64,000 nt of DNA from Leptospira sp. (GTDB taxonomy: Bacteria; Spirochaetota; Leptospiria; Leptospirales; Leptospiraceae). Under the pieces are notes generated by a model, which saw only the letters and a list, made by a program, of their open reading frames with translations, was not told the DNA's origin and made no database searches. The DNA lies in assembly GCA_034439575.1 (NCBI GenBank), contig JAWXAQ010000012.1, positions 64,001-128,000 on the forward strand, read 5' to 3'. Both the position numbers and the translations under genes were made by a program. Positions 31,747 through 42,425 of the stretch are shown here, in pieces. Numbering within the stretch: the first letter of the stretch is position 1; every line of letters starts with the position of its first letter.

Positions 31747-32828
31747 TATGCCACATTGTAGGTTTACTTTTTGTAAGCCTACCTTTGTTTGGTGAGACAG
31801 TCAAGCTTCCGTTATATGGAAAAAGTAATTATGTTTCTTACAATGATCTAACTCCAAATTTTCCAGAATTAAGCACTTCTCATAAAAAATCTACATTAGT
31901 TACTTCGATTTTTACACCCCAAGGAAAATTAATTTTCCGAATTGGTACAAGTTTTTATACAATAGAAGAAAAGATTATTAAGATTCCGAAACCTCCATTA
32001 ATAAAAGATGGAATATTGTATTTACCTATTGATCTTGTAGAAGCAATTTTTTTGAATCTGATCGCTTATGATTTTCGTTATAAATTTAAAGAGAATGAAT
32101 TGCTCGTCGATGTGCCAAAGGAACCTATCCCTAAAAGAAATATCAATGTTAAAGCCATCATCATCGATCCAGGTCATGGGGGGAAAGATCCAGGAACATC
32201 GGACACGAGCGGTTATTTTGAAAAAGAAGTTAGCCTTGGTGTGGCAAAATATTTATATTTGTATCTTCGAAAATATTATCCAGAAATACGTCTTCATTTA
32301 ACAAGAAAGAACGATACATTTATAGAATTGGAAGAACGTTCCAAACAAGCAAATTCACTGCTCCGTGATACACGTGACTCTATATTTGTATCTCTTCATT
32401 GCAATGCCTCATTAAATGAAAAAGCTGGCGGATTTGAAATTTATTATCTTTCTCAAACACCTAGTACGGAGCAGGCGAGAGAAACAGCTTTGATAGAAAA
32501 TAAATTTGTAGGTCCAAATAGCAACCGGGTAGTAAGTGCGATCCAATCACAAATGCTTTCCAGTGTGACCCAAAGGCGTTCCAAAAAACTGGCAGATGCG
32601 GTTGAGTTGGAATATGGGAAAGGATTAATGAATACACTTTCTTCGAGAGGGGTCAAAAAGGCAGATTTTTCTGTCTTGCGAGGAAGCCTTATGCCTGCCG
32701 TATTGATAGAAATGGGGTATTTAACAAACCCAGAAGAAAGTAAAATTCTAAAAGATAAGAACTTTCAGAAAAAGATTGCACGCAGTATCATAAAGGGAAT
32801 CCGCTCGTATGCTTCATCCAAAGATTAA
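31710..32828 (+). CDS. N-acetylmuramoyl-L-alanine amidase (Amidase_3)
   Basis: IIDPGHGGKDPG, FVSLHCNA, PAVLIEMGYLTN. Signal-like N-terminus. The TTG start overlaps the helicase gene and is uncertain. Confidence 0.92.
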   Translation: MEKDHFHFQKRLICHIVGLLFVSLPLFGETVKLPLYGKSNYVSYNDLTPNFPELSTSHKKSTLVTSIFTPQGKLIFRIGTSFYTIEEKIIKIPKPPLIKDGILYLPIDLVEAIFLNLIAYDFRYKFKENELLVDVPKEPIPKRNINVKAIIIDPGHGGKDPGTSDTSGYFEKEVSLGVAKYLYLYLRKYYPEIRLHLTRKNDTFIELEERSKQANSLLRDTRDSIFVSLHCNASLNEKAGGFEIYYLSQTPSTEQARETALIENKFVGPNSNRVVSAIQSQMLSSVTQRRSKKLADAVELEYGKGLMNTLSSRGVKKADFSVLRGSLMPAVLIEMGYLTNPEESKILKDKNFQKKIARSIIKGIRSYASSKD

Positions 32829-33630
32829 AGAATATTCCACTCTTACCAAAAGTAAAATAAACACTTGGATCAAACGTTTTTATAATATAGGTACAGAAAA
32901 AGAAAAAACTAGTCGTGAATTCCAATTTTTATTTTTATCTTGGTTTTTCTTATTACTCTTTTTTACGTTTTTTATTTTAGCAGAAAAAAATCCCTTCAAT
33001 CTTCTTGTTCCATTTAATGTTTTCCAAGTCCCACATAACGATAGCCGTGATGAAATTAAAATTTTTATCTCTGATGGAGATAAAAATCAGATTCCCGTGA
33101 TTCGAAAATTGTTAGTGAGTGAAGATAAGGATATATTTATCAACCAATTGATCAGTGAAGTCGGTTCACCGCCATATTTTTCTGTAGAAGAAAGTGCTTC
33201 CTTAAAAGATAAAATATTTTCACCAAAAAAATTATTGGACCTTCATGATTCGATCAAATCGATTTGGTTCCGTGAAAATAATACAAAACTCATTCTTGAT
33301 TGGAACTATGGACAATTGGAATCCGTGATGTCTGGATATCGATTGCCACAAAATCGCGCATCGAGTTTGGAATTGGAAGAAGATTCTCAAACAAGTGCAC
33401 CGATAGATACCATCACTTATTATTCTGGTGGTGAAACTCTGAAAAGAGAAGATGAATCGGTTACCCAAAGCCGTAGACTAAAAGCTCTGTCTGCAACATT
33501 TAAGGCCATAGATGCGACACTTTTCCTGAATTTTCCTGAATTAAAGATCATCGAACATCATTTAGACGGAAATCGAAAACCGATTTTAGGTTTGGATTAT
33601 TTGATTCAAGATCAAAAATTAAGAGAATAA
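32809..33630 (+). CDS. Hypothetical single-TM protein
   Basis: Long ORF with one hydrophobic segment, overlapping the amidase stop. No family recognised. Confidence 0.65.
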   Translation: MLHPKIKEYSTLTKSKINTWIKRFYNIGTEKEKTSREFQFLFLSWFFLLLFFTFFILAEKNPFNLLVPFNVFQVPHNDSRDEIKIFISDGDKNQIPVIRKLLVSEDKDIFINQLISEVGSPPYFSVEESASLKDKIFSPKKLLDLHDSIKSIWFRENNTKLILDWNYGQLESVMSGYRLPQNRASSLELEEDSQTSAPIDTITYYSGGETLKREDESVTQSRRLKALSATFKAIDATLFLNFPELKIIEHHLDGNRKPILGLDYLIQDQKLRE

Positions 33631-33637
33631 AGGTAAA

Positions 33638-35647
33638 TTACGGATCTACCCACATATCATTTGCTTTGATCAGTTCGATTAATTTTTCAGTGGCTTCTAT
33701 TTCAGAAACTCCTTTCATAACGATTTCTTTTCCTTTGTAGAGATGCACTTTGCCAATGCCTGCTCCCACATAACCAAAGTCAGCATCTGCCATCTCTCCA
33801 GGTCCATTGACAATACATCCCATTACAGCTATTTTAACGCCCTTTAGGTGGCCTGTAAAAGATTTGATTTTGGCCGTTGTTGATTGTAAATCAAACATAG
33901 TCCTTCCACAAGAGGGACAAGAAATATATTCCGTTTTCGTAAGTCTCAGTCTTGTTGCTTGTAAAATATCATAACTCAATATTAATGTAGATTCATAGTT
34001 TGGTTCTTGTAAGCGAATACGAATCGTATCACCGATACCATCAAGTAACAGACCACCGAAATGCACCGAACTTTGGTAAAGTGCCTCTTCTTCATTTTCG
34101 TAAATATTTGTCAATATGATAGGAAAGTCTGAATCTTTCAGGGCAAAGGCAAGTTTACGTGTTCCGAGCAGAGTGGTATCTTGCAATGAGAAGGCGATAT
34201 TTTGAATTTTTCTTTTCCGTATTTCTGCAAGTAAATGCGTTACATTGGGAATTTCTGACTCTTGGATGGAAAATTCGACAGACCTTTGGTCTTTTGCATA
34301 GGTTACTAAATAATCAAAAAATTGTAATCCAGTTTCAGAATTTGAATCTTTTGGGTCCCAAATTAAAAATGGATTCACTACCCATTTTTGAAACGCAAAC
34401 AACTCCTCGGTGATGCTTTCATATTGATTTACCAGTTCATCACTTAAAGAAAAACTAACTGGATTTGGAATCTGTTTTTTTGACTTTAAGGAAGATGCGG
34501 CAATCACAGCTAGCTCATCGTTCAATTGGAAAAATACAATTTCATTGTTTTTACTAGATGAGAGTCCCTTTTCATTATTAGATAAAATTTCGGAAACTGT
34601 CTCTAATCCAAAAAATGGAAATTCCGTCTCAACTCGTACTGGGTGTTTATCACCAATTGGCATTTCACCTAATTCTAGTTCACGGGAATAAAACCTTGAA
34701 TATACAAATGGATCTCTAAATTCTAAATAATGGGAAGAGGGGATGGAATTCGTATTTTGGAAAATTTCATTGTATTTTTTGACAAGGGCTTTCGCTACGG
34801 GAATTTCCGCGACTGCATCTTCTGTGAGCGAGACTCGTATTGTATCTCCAAGGCCTTCTTCTAGGAGGGCTCCAATTCCCATTGCCGATTTGATACGCCC
34901 ATCTTTACCATCTCCAGCTTCAGTGACACCAAGGTGCAAAGGATAATCCATAGAAAGCTCATAGAACCGAGAAACTAACAAACGATAGGCCTGGATCATA
35001 ACTTGCGGGTTGGATGCTTTCATCGAAACAACAATATCTTTATACTGGTTTCTTTCAGCGATGCGAATGAATTCAAGTGCACTCTCAACCATACCAAGTG
35101 GAGTATCACCAAAACGATTCATAATTCTGTCACTGAGAGAACCATGGTTTGTGCCAATGCGCATAGAGACACCTAGTTCTTTTGCCCGCATAACAAGGGG
35201 TGTAAATACCTCTTCTATTCTTTCCAATTCTTCTTCGTATTCTTTATCCGAATACTCTATGATATCAAATTTTTTTTTGTCTGCAAAATTGCCTGGATTG
35301 ATGCGAACTTTTTCAACCCATTCCACACATTTCAAAGCGACTTGTGGGGTGAAATGTATGTCTGCGACGAGAGGAACTTTGAGCCCCAGTTCCTTCATTC
35401 GTTTTCTGATATTTGGTAAATTATCAGCATCGGCTTGGCTTGGAACAGTAAGCCGGACTATCTCTGATCCAATTTTTTCAAGTGCGGATATTTGAGAAAT
35501 ACTAGCATCCGTATCTCTCGTGTTAGACGTAATCATGGATTGAATGCGAATCGGATTTTTTCCACCGATCCCGACATCTCCCACTTTGACTTCACGAGTC
35601 GGACGGCGTTTATAGAAAAAAGGGGACTCATTGTATTTCGGGTTCAT
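33638..35647 (-). CDS. ispG: 4-hydroxy-3-methylbut-2-en-1-yl diphosphate synthase, long three-domain form
   Basis: [56 protein letters not shown]. Confidence 0.97.
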   Translation of the reverse strand: MNPKYNESPFFYKRRPTREVKVGDVGIGGKNPIRIQSMITSNTRDTDASISQISALEKIGSEIVRLTVPSQADADNLPNIRKRMKELGLKVPLVADIHFTPQVALKCVEWVEKVRINPGNFADKKKFDIIEYSDKEYEEELERIEEVFTPLVMRAKELGVSMRIGTNHGSLSDRIMNRFGDTPLGMVESALEFIRIAERNQYKDIVVSMKASNPQVMIQAYRLLVSRFYELSMDYPLHLGVTEAGDGKDGRIKSAMGIGALLEEGLGDTIRVSLTEDAVAEIPVAKALVKKYNEIFQNTNSIPSSHYLEFRDPFVYSRFYSRELELGEMPIGDKHPVRVETEFPFFGLETVSEILSNNEKGLSSSKNNEIVFFQLNDELAVIAASSLKSKKQIPNPVSFSLSDELVNQYESITEELFAFQKWVVNPFLIWDPKDSNSETGLQFFDYLVTYAKDQRSVEFSIQESEIPNVTHLLAEIRKRKIQNIAFSLQDTTLLGTRKLAFALKDSDFPIILTNIYENEEEALYQSSVHFGGLLLDGIGDTIRIRLQEPNYESTLILSYDILQATRLRLTKTEYISCPSCGRTMFDLQSTTAKIKSFTGHLKGVKIAVMGCIVNGPGEMADADFGYVGAGIGKVHLYKGKEIVMKGVSEIEATEKLIELIKANDMWVDP

Positions 35648-35784
35648 AGCTTTCTTATGGTCTCATTATCTATAAATTTTGGAGCGAAAAATTGGGCAAG
35701 CTTTCGAATTTTTGAGGGAACTTTCAATTTCGCACCTCCCTTGGTCGAAACTTATAATAGGGATCACCTACACTGCGATAAGAC

Positions 35785-36069
35785 ATGAATGTTGAAGTAA
35801 AATCAAATATACGCCGAAAATACCGAGTGCAAGTAACGGTTGCCATTTACCGCGAAGGAAATCTGTCTTATAAAAGTGAAATTCTATCACCGGCATTTTA
35901 TTCAAAACGAACAGAAGCGAGAGATCACATTCGCCAAGAAATTAGAGAAAGGCTCGCTCATTCTCGTTTTTTTAGGTCGGCGCGGCTGGATTATGATTTA
36001 GTTCGTTATACGGAAGAAGGTACTTGCAATACCTATTTACGTTATTCCATCCAAGATACGGAAATTTGA
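35785..36069 (+). CDS. Small basic hypothetical protein
   Basis: 94-aa ORF whose TGA overlaps the probable TTG start of mutY. Confidence 0.65.
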   Translation: MNVEVKSNIRRKYRVQVTVAIYREGNLSYKSEILSPAFYSKRTEARDHIRQEIRERLAHSRFFRSARLDYDLVRYTEEGTCNTYLRYSIQDTEI

Positions 36070-37139
36070 ATTCGAAACAAAAACTCCACTCTTGGTTTTT
36101 AATCAATAAGCGAGATTTACCATTTAGAAACAAAAAAACCGCATATCACATTTGGATTTCCGAAGTGATGTTGCAACAAACAAGGGTAACCGCCATGTTA
36201 CCTCTTTACAACAAATTCATAGAAACATTTCCGAACGTGGAAACACTTGCCCAAGCTACGGAAGAAGAAGTTTTGTCTGCCTGGCAAGGACTTGGATATT
36301 ATAGCAGAGCACGAAATATCCGTAAGGCGGCTATATATTTACAACAGAACTTTAATGGAAGTTTTCCGAAACAATTAGATGAAATTTTGAAGGTTCCAGG
36401 AATTGGGCCCTATACGGCACGCGCGGTGCTTTCAATCGCCTATGATTTACCATATGCAGTACTCGATGGGAATGTGAAACGAGTGCTTGCTCGCTTTTTT
36501 TTATATCATAAAAATATACTAGGTTCCACAGCAGATAGGGACTTGCAAATATTAGCCGATTCATTTTTGAATACCGAAGCACCTGGTGACCATAACCAAG
36601 CTTTGATGGAGTTAGGGGCCACACTTTGTTTGCCCGAAAATCCGAAGTGTTTGCTTTGTCCCTTACGCGGGGCCTGCAAAGCGGAAAAAGATAATCTTAC
36701 GAAAGAGATTCCTATACGCGACAAAGAAAAAAAACAAATCGAATTAAGTGGCAAAATCTATTGGATTGAATGGGAGAATAAAATACTACTTATCCGACAG
36801 AAAAATCCTAGGTTTTTGAAAGGTATGTTCGTATTACCGATGTTTTTTGATGGGGATCTTCCCTCTACATTGTATGAGTCTACAAATTCTATGAATGAAA
36901 TGATTTTTGAATTAAAATATAAATCCTTACCCAAATTGATCAAACACACCATCACTCACCATAAATTTTCATTAAGTGTAAATTTTGTAAAAATTGATGA
37001 CCTCAATCAGCATAAAGTTTTTTTAAAAAAATTTGAAGATTTGGAATACAAATGGATTCCTATTGCCTCCCTAACATCCGAATTTCCTTCCTCTCTTGCC
37101 AAAAAAGTTTTAGCAGTGATCGCAAATGAATTGTATTGA
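36066..37139 (+). CDS. mutY: A/G-specific adenine glycosylase MutY
   Basis: WISEVMLQQT, WQGLGYYSRARN, HhH motif VPGIGPYTA, LDGNVKRV, FeS motif C-x6-C-x2-C-x5-C. Confidence 0.96.
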   Translation: MNSKQKLHSWFLINKRDLPFRNKKTAYHIWISEVMLQQTRVTAMLPLYNKFIETFPNVETLAQATEEEVLSAWQGLGYYSRARNIRKAAIYLQQNFNGSFPKQLDEILKVPGIGPYTARAVLSIAYDLPYAVLDGNVKRVLARFFLYHKNILGSTADRDLQILADSFLNTEAPGDHNQALMELGATLCLPENPKCLLCPLRGACKAEKDNLTKEIPIRDKEKKQIELSGKIYWIEWENKILLIRQKNPRFLKGMFVLPMFFDGDLPSTLYESTNSMNEMIFELKYKSLPKLIKHTITHHKFSLSVNFVKIDDLNQHKVFLKKFEDLEYKWIPIASLTSEFPSSLAKKVLAVIANELY

Positions 37140-37144
37140 TCCTT

Positions 37145-37239
37145 CGCAACACCGATTGTAGCGGAAATCCTTCCGTTAATAGAAGTTAGTTTGCATTTGT
37201 ATAGTTTTTCGGAAGATTGGAGCGAAAAGCGGGGTCGCG
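37145..37239 (+). ncRNA. Flavo-1-like structured RNA / REP-like element
   Basis: Direct repeats GATTGTAGCGGAAA (37154-37167) and GATTGGAGCGAAAA (37215-37228). Inner stem AATCCTTCCG/CGGAAGATT and outer stem CGCAACACCG/CGGGGTCGCG. The resemblance to Flavo-1 is from memory, not from a covariance-model search. Confidence 0.55.
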
Positions 37240-37401
37240 TATGCCGAATCATTTTCATATACTAACTTATGCGAGTTGCCCTAGGTTATAGAGATTCATG
37301 AGAGATTAGGATTTTCTAAAAAAAATGGGAAAGTGATCTATTTTTGAAAATCAAAATTCCCTAGACAGTTGTATAGAAGTAAAAAGTCTAATCATTAGAC
37401 C

Positions 37402-37677
37402 ATGCGTACTATCTATATTAGACAACTCCGTTTCGAAGAGGCACGCATCAAACTGGAAAGAGAAATGAATGATGCCTTTATGGAAGGGGAATCCTTTGTC
37501 GAAATTATGCATGGTATCGGGGAAGGGATTTTAAAAAGAATGGCGATTGACTATGTACAGTCCTGCGGTTTTTTGAAATTAGTTGAGCGTGATCCGATGT
37601 TTCGTGGCAATCCGGGAACGACATTGGTTGAGGTGCTTGCTCCGTCTCGCGAATACATCAATCGGCTAAAAAAATGA
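37402..37677 (+). CDS. Stand-alone Smr/MutS2 domain protein
   Basis: EIMHGIGEGILK and GNPGTTLV. Confidence 0.85.
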   Translation: MRTIYIRQLRFEEARIKLEREMNDAFMEGESFVEIMHGIGEGILKRMAIDYVQSCGFLKLVERDPMFRGNPGTTLVEVLAPSREYINRLKK

Positions 37678-39203
37678 CTTCTATCAATCAAAATATACAA
37701 ATTTTAGATGTCACACTTCGTGATGGCGAACAAACCAATGGGGTTTCGTTTTCTTGGGAACAGAAATTAAATATCACTAAATTTTTGTTATGTGACTTGA
37801 AAGTGGATCGAGTGGAAATCGCAAGTGCTCGTGTTTCGCCTGGGGAATTTGAAGCGGTTAAAAAAATTATATCTTGGTCGAAGGCGGAAGGTCTACACGA
37901 CAAAATAGAAATCCTTGGGTTTGTGGATATTGATAAAACTGTCAATTGGATGAAAGATACAGGTGTGAAAGTTTTGAATCTTTTAACAAAAGGCTCACTT
38001 AATCATCTAACGCACCAACTACGAAAAACACCTGAAGAACATTTTAATGATATTAAAAAAACTGTAGAGAATGCGAATGAGGCAGGTATTGAAGTAAATG
38101 TTTATTTGGAAGATTGGTCCAATGGGTATTTGCATTCAAGGGATTATGTAGTCCAATACTTAGATGCTGTATCTAAATTTAAAATCAGACGTTTTTTTTT
38201 AGCAGATACTTTGGGAGTCATGTCTCCGGATGAAGTAGAATTTGCAGTGAAAGACCTTTGTGATCTTTTCCCAAATCTTTGGTTTGAGTTTCATGGACAT
38301 AATGATTATGACCTAGCGGTCGCTAATTGTTTGGCGGCAGTCAAATCTGGTGCCAAAGGTCTTCACGTGGCAGTGAATGGACTTGGTGAGAGGGCAGGGA
38401 ATTCTCCTTTGGAAGCTGTGGTTACAGCACTGCACGACAAAACAAATTTTTCCACGAAAATAATAGAAAAAGAGATAACGAATGCTTCTCGTTTGGTGGA
38501 AGTATTTTCTGGTAAACGTATCGGCGACAATCGTCCCATAGTTGGGGAAGATGTATTTACACAAACAGCAGGTGTTCATGCCGATGGAGACAAAAAAGGA
38601 AATTTATATGCGAATCCTATTTTGCCAGAACGATTTGGCCGTAGTCGTGTCTATGCTCTTGGCAAACTTGCGGGTAAAGCAAGCATCACAGAAAACTTAA
38701 AACAAATGGGTATGGTTCTTACTCCAGAAATTGAAAAAAAGGTTTTAGAAAAAGTCATAGAGCTTGGAGACCAAAACAAATCTGTCACTAAAGAAGATTT
38801 ACCCTATATCATCGCCGATATCTCAGGACAAAATTTAAACGCCTCTTTTCATATAACATCATGTCAGGTGACAAGTGGGATTGGAGTGAAACCAACCGCT
38901 AGTTTGAGTGTCATTTATAAAGATGAGGTATATACATCCGAAGGAAAGGGCGACGGCGGCTATGATGCGTTTATGAATGCTCTTGGTAAAATTTTAGAAA
39001 GACTAAAGATCAGCATACCTCCATTATATGATTATGAAGTTAGAATCCCCCCTGGTGGAAATACAAATGCTCTAGTGGAAACAGTCATCACTTGGAAACG
39101 GGAAGGGGACATCCAACCCATTCGGACTATCGGAATCGATTCCGACCAACAAGTTGCGGCCATCAAGGCAACGGAAAAACTACTTCATATTTTACTCAGT
39201 TAA
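37674..39203 (+). CDS. cimA: (R)-citramalate synthase
   Basis: DVTLRDGEQT, YLEDWSNG, FHGHNDYDL, GLGERAGN, QTAGVHADGD, DYEVRIPPGG. These match the Leptospira/Bacteroidetes CimA type. Confidence 0.9.
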   Translation: MTSINQNIQILDVTLRDGEQTNGVSFSWEQKLNITKFLLCDLKVDRVEIASARVSPGEFEAVKKIISWSKAEGLHDKIEILGFVDIDKTVNWMKDTGVKVLNLLTKGSLNHLTHQLRKTPEEHFNDIKKTVENANEAGIEVNVYLEDWSNGYLHSRDYVVQYLDAVSKFKIRRFFLADTLGVMSPDEVEFAVKDLCDLFPNLWFEFHGHNDYDLAVANCLAAVKSGAKGLHVAVNGLGERAGNSPLEAVVTALHDKTNFSTKIIEKEITNASRLVEVFSGKRIGDNRPIVGEDVFTQTAGVHADGDKKGNLYANPILPERFGRSRVYALGKLAGKASITENLKQMGMVLTPEIEKKVLEKVIELGDQNKSVTKEDLPYIIADISGQNLNASFHITSCQVTSGIGVKPTASLSVIYKDEVYTSEGKGDGGYDAFMNALGKILERLKISIPPLYDYEVRIPPGGNTNALVETVITWKREGDIQPIRTIGIDSDQQVAAIKATEKLLHILLS

Positions 39204-39206
39204 TTT

Positions 39207-39773
39207 ATGGAACATTTGTTAATAGTCGGACTCGGGAATCCTGGATCACGTTATCAAAATAACCGTCATAACATTGGTTTTATGATTGTTGATGAACTCA
39301 TATCAAAATTTTCTCTTTCATGGAAAGATACCAAAAAGTATGAGGAGAGCTCAACAAATTTTGAATCGCTGAAAGTTCATTTTTTAAAACCAAAAGAATA
39401 TATGAATCTTTCTGGCAATGCTGTTGGTTTGATCGCAAAAACTTATAAAATCCCCGCAAAACAGATACTTGTTGTCCAAGATGAAGTGGATATACCCTTT
39501 GGAAAAATCAAAAATAAAATTGGTGGTGGAACGGCTGGTCACAATGGCCTAAAGGATATCGTGGAAAAAATTGGATCAAGTGACTTCCATAGATTACGAT
39601 TTGGAGTCGGGAAACCAGAAAAAGGACAGATGGAAGTAGCCGATTTTGTCTTGCAGAACTTTAATGACGAAGAGAGACAGAAGTTAGGTGATTTCATTCA
39701 GGAGTCAGTAAAAAAATGCGAAGATTGGATCAAAACCCAATTGGTGGATATCTCTAAAGGTGATAGTAAGTAA
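39207..39773 (+). CDS. pth: Peptidyl-tRNA hydrolase
   Basis: LIVGLGNPG, RHNIGF, KPKEYMNLSG, AGHNGLK, RLRFGVG. Confidence 0.97.
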   Translation: MEHLLIVGLGNPGSRYQNNRHNIGFMIVDELISKFSLSWKDTKKYEESSTNFESLKVHFLKPKEYMNLSGNAVGLIAKTYKIPAKQILVVQDEVDIPFGKIKNKIGGGTAGHNGLKDIVEKIGSSDFHRLRFGVGKPEKGQMEVADFVLQNFNDEERQKLGDFIQESVKKCEDWIKTQLVDISKGDSK

Positions 39774-39776
39774 ATC

Positions 39777-40373
39777 ATGTTAAATCACTTAAACGATCAA
39801 AATCCTGATCCGAAAGAGCTCACAAAATTATTTATACAAACTTTTATCTCTATTATTTTAGTTATTGGTTTTGTTTTTGGAATAGCCTATTTTTTTCGTG
39901 AACCCTTGTTAACGTATTCAAAGGTTTTTGTGAATGAATTTGGGTACTTAGGACTTTTTTTTGGAATGATTTTGTCTGATAGTTTGCCTGCCTTTATTCC
40001 CCCTGATGCCTTTCTTATGCTTTCCATCAGTGGGGATCTAAATTCCATTTATACGATCACTGCTATGTCTATAGGAAGTATCATTGGTGGATCCATTGCC
40101 TATCTCATTGGTCGATTCTTAATTCCCAGATTCCATTTGGGACGAAAATTTGTTCTCAACTATGAAGATAAATTTCTTCCTTATGTTAGACGTTACGGTT
40201 TTTTTGCGGTTGTAATAGCGGCACTCACACCAATCCCTTATTCCTGGATGGCATATACGGTCGGAACATTTAAGATGCCGTTTCGGTTATTTTTTCTTGG
40301 TTCACTTTTTCGGATCATTCGCATCACTATTTACTATTATGCTATTTTAATTGGATGGATTTCTGGGGCATAA
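39777..40373 (+). CDS. YqaA/DedA (VTT-domain) membrane protein
   Basis: FIPPDAFL, GSIIGGSIAYLIGR, ALTPIPY. Confidence 0.85.
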   Translation: MLNHLNDQNPDPKELTKLFIQTFISIILVIGFVFGIAYFFREPLLTYSKVFVNEFGYLGLFFGMILSDSLPAFIPPDAFLMLSISGDLNSIYTITAMSIGSIIGGSIAYLIGRFLIPRFHLGRKFVLNYEDKFLPYVRRYGFFAVVIAALTPIPYSWMAYTVGTFKMPFRLFFLGSLFRIIRITIYYYAILIGWISGA

Positions 40374-40595
40374 ATGTCAGAGAATCGTTTATTTCCAAAG
40401 TCGGTGGATGAAATCATTTTTGAAAAAGTAAAATTTTTTTTCCTACCAGAAAGGACGACTGCTCTCATTAAAAACATAATAGAAGGAAAGGTATCCGAAC
40501 GTTCTCTGATCTGTTGTCATTCAGGTTGTGATGTTTGTAATGAAACCATATACAAATGTTATGTGGCAGTTAAAACCGAATTAGAAAAAGTATAG
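40374..40595 (+). CDS. Small Cys-motif protein (CCxSGCxxC)
   Basis: CCHSGCDVC. Abuts the upstream gene and lies 3 bp from rarA. Confidence 0.75.
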   Translation: MSENRLFPKSVDEIIFEKVKFFFLPERTTALIKNIIEGKVSERSLICCHSGCDVCNETIYKCYVAVKTELEKV

Positions 40596-40598
40596 ATT

Positions 40599-41867
40599 AT
40601 GGATTCCTTATTCCCAAAACCTGAAAAACAAATCCCTCTCGCCCATAGATTGCGACCCAAAGATTGGGATGGATTTTTTGGTCAAAAAAAAGTTGTAACT
40701 CAATTAAAAAATTTATCAAAACCAACTTCGATCATATTCTATGGTCCACCGGGCACTGGCAAAACAACATTAGCACATATAATCGTAGATAGGTGGTCTC
40801 TCCCTAAACGATTTTTGTCGGCTGTTACAAGTGGAGTGAAAGACATACGTGAAGTCATAGAAGAATCAAAGAAAATCGGAACCATTGCCCTCTTTATTGA
40901 TGAGATTCACCGTTTTTCTTCGGCCCAACAAGATGCCCTTTTGCCCTCTGTCGAAGAAGGGGATTTGGTTCTTGTTTCTGCCACAACGGAAAATCCGTCT
41001 TTTCGCATCAACAGAGCCTTACTTAGCAGAACACAAGTATATCGTCTTGAAGCATTGTCAGAATCAGAAAATTTGGAAATTTTCAAAAATGCACTTCTAA
41101 CACTTGGAGAAAACAAAACATTTACAGCAGGTGCAGAACAGGCGATCATCAATGCGGCAAATGGAGATGGAAGAAAGCTTATCGGAATCCTAGAATCGGT
41201 TTTTTCTTTGCCAAGGGAAAAAATAAATATTGAAGAAAGTGACATTGATTTATTGTTAGGTGCTAGACTTTTGAATTATGATAAAAACAAAGACCAACAT
41301 TATGATGTGATCTCTGCTTTTATTAAATCACTCAGAGGATCAGATCCCGATGCCGCCTTACTTTATTTAGCTATTATGCTAGAAGGTGGTGAAGACCCAC
41401 TTTTTATAGCTCGGAGGCTCGTTGTATTTGCAAGCGAAGATGTAGGAAATGCTTCAGTTCATGCACTCACTTTAGCGGTCTCAACTTGGCAAGCCGTGGA
41501 AAGGATAGGTATGCCAGAAGCAAGAATCCCCCTTGGGCAATGTGTGACATTTCTTGCCAGTGCACCAAAATCAAATTCGAGTTATGTGGCGATTGATGAT
41601 GCCTTAAATTTTGTCAGAGAACAAAAATTTTCTTATACGATCCCAAATCATTTGCGCAATGCTCCGACAGCGACACATCGAAATGAGGGCGCGGGAATTG
41701 GTTACAAGTATCCCCATAATTTTAATGAACATTTTGTCTTAGAAAACTATTTCCCTGAAGAATTGAAACACAAACCTCCTTTATTTTATAAACCGACAGA
41801 ACAAGGTATGGAAAAACATTTGCGAGAGAATTTACGAAAACTTTGGGGCATTAAAAAGGATTTATAA
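40599..41867 (+). CDS. rarA: Replication-associated recombination protein A (AAA+ ATPase)
   Basis: PLAHRLRP, GPPGTGKTT, FIDEIHRF, ATTENPSF, SAFIKSLRGSDPDAA, ASEDVGNA, YKYPH. Confidence 0.96.
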   Translation: MDSLFPKPEKQIPLAHRLRPKDWDGFFGQKKVVTQLKNLSKPTSIIFYGPPGTGKTTLAHIIVDRWSLPKRFLSAVTSGVKDIREVIEESKKIGTIALFIDEIHRFSSAQQDALLPSVEEGDLVLVSATTENPSFRINRALLSRTQVYRLEALSESENLEIFKNALLTLGENKTFTAGAEQAIINAANGDGRKLIGILESVFSLPREKINIEESDIDLLLGARLLNYDKNKDQHYDVISAFIKSLRGSDPDAALLYLAIMLEGGEDPLFIARRLVVFASEDVGNASVHALTLAVSTWQAVERIGMPEARIPLGQCVTFLASAPKSNSSYVAIDDALNFVREQKFSYTIPNHLRNAPTATHRNEGAGIGYKYPHNFNEHFVLENYFPEELKHKPPLFYKPTEQGMEKHLRENLRKLWGIKKDL

Positions 41868-41870
41868 TCT

Positions 41871-42287
41871 ATGGAAAAAAAACCATTTTGTTTTTCCATT
41901 CGTGTTCGCTATTCAGAAGTGGATAGCCAAGGGATCGTTTTCAACGCCAATTATCTGAATTATTTTGATATTTTGGTCGGAGAATACTTCCGCGAAAAAG
42001 TGGGTAGTTACAAGGATTTTGTAGAAACAAAAGAACAAGATTACCATGTGATTCGTTCCCTCATTGAATACCGTAATCCTGCCCGGTATGACGATGTCCT
42101 TTTATTCACTATGACGGGAACTTGCAAGGGACCGAAGATTTTTTGGAAGATAAAGGCTCGGCTCGGAGAAAAAACCATCTGCGAAGCCGAATTGGACTAT
42201 ATCGCCGTTCATACCAAGACGGGAAAAGTAACGAGTATCTTAGATGAGATTGCAAAGCTTTTGGACTTGCAATCAGTAGATTTATAA
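41871..42287 (+). CDS. Acyl-CoA thioesterase (YbgC/4HBT family)
   Basis: VRYSEVDSQGIVFNANYLNYFD and PARYDD. Confidence 0.92.
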   Translation: MEKKPFCFSIRVRYSEVDSQGIVFNANYLNYFDILVGEYFREKVGSYKDFVETKEQDYHVIRSLIEYRNPARYDDVLLFTMTGTCKGPKIFWKIKARLGEKTICEAELDYIAVHTKTGKVTSILDEIAKLLDLQSVDL

Positions 42288-42389
42288 AGTTTCAAAATTT
42301 TGAGACCAATTCTCAGTGTTGGGAAAATGCGAAATCTAGGGAATCAAAAAAGACCTTAGCACGATTTCTTTAGCAAATACAATCTCGCC

Positions 42390-42418
42390 TTGACAGGAGC
42401 ATATGGAGATGCGATCCT
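42390..42418 (+). promoter_or_regulatory. Candidate sigma70 promoter of the nuo operon
   Basis: Perfect TTGACA (42390-42395), N17 spacer, TG-C-GATCCT extended -10-like element ending 7 nt before the nuoA ATG. Confidence 0.45.
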
Positions 42419-42425
42419 TCAAACA

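Noticed and set aside
35010-35788. Plus-strand ORFs of 161 and 98 aa, and similar antisense ORFs over purL, nusB, recJ, czcA and the nuo genes
   Set aside because: Shadow frames opposite well-supported genes.
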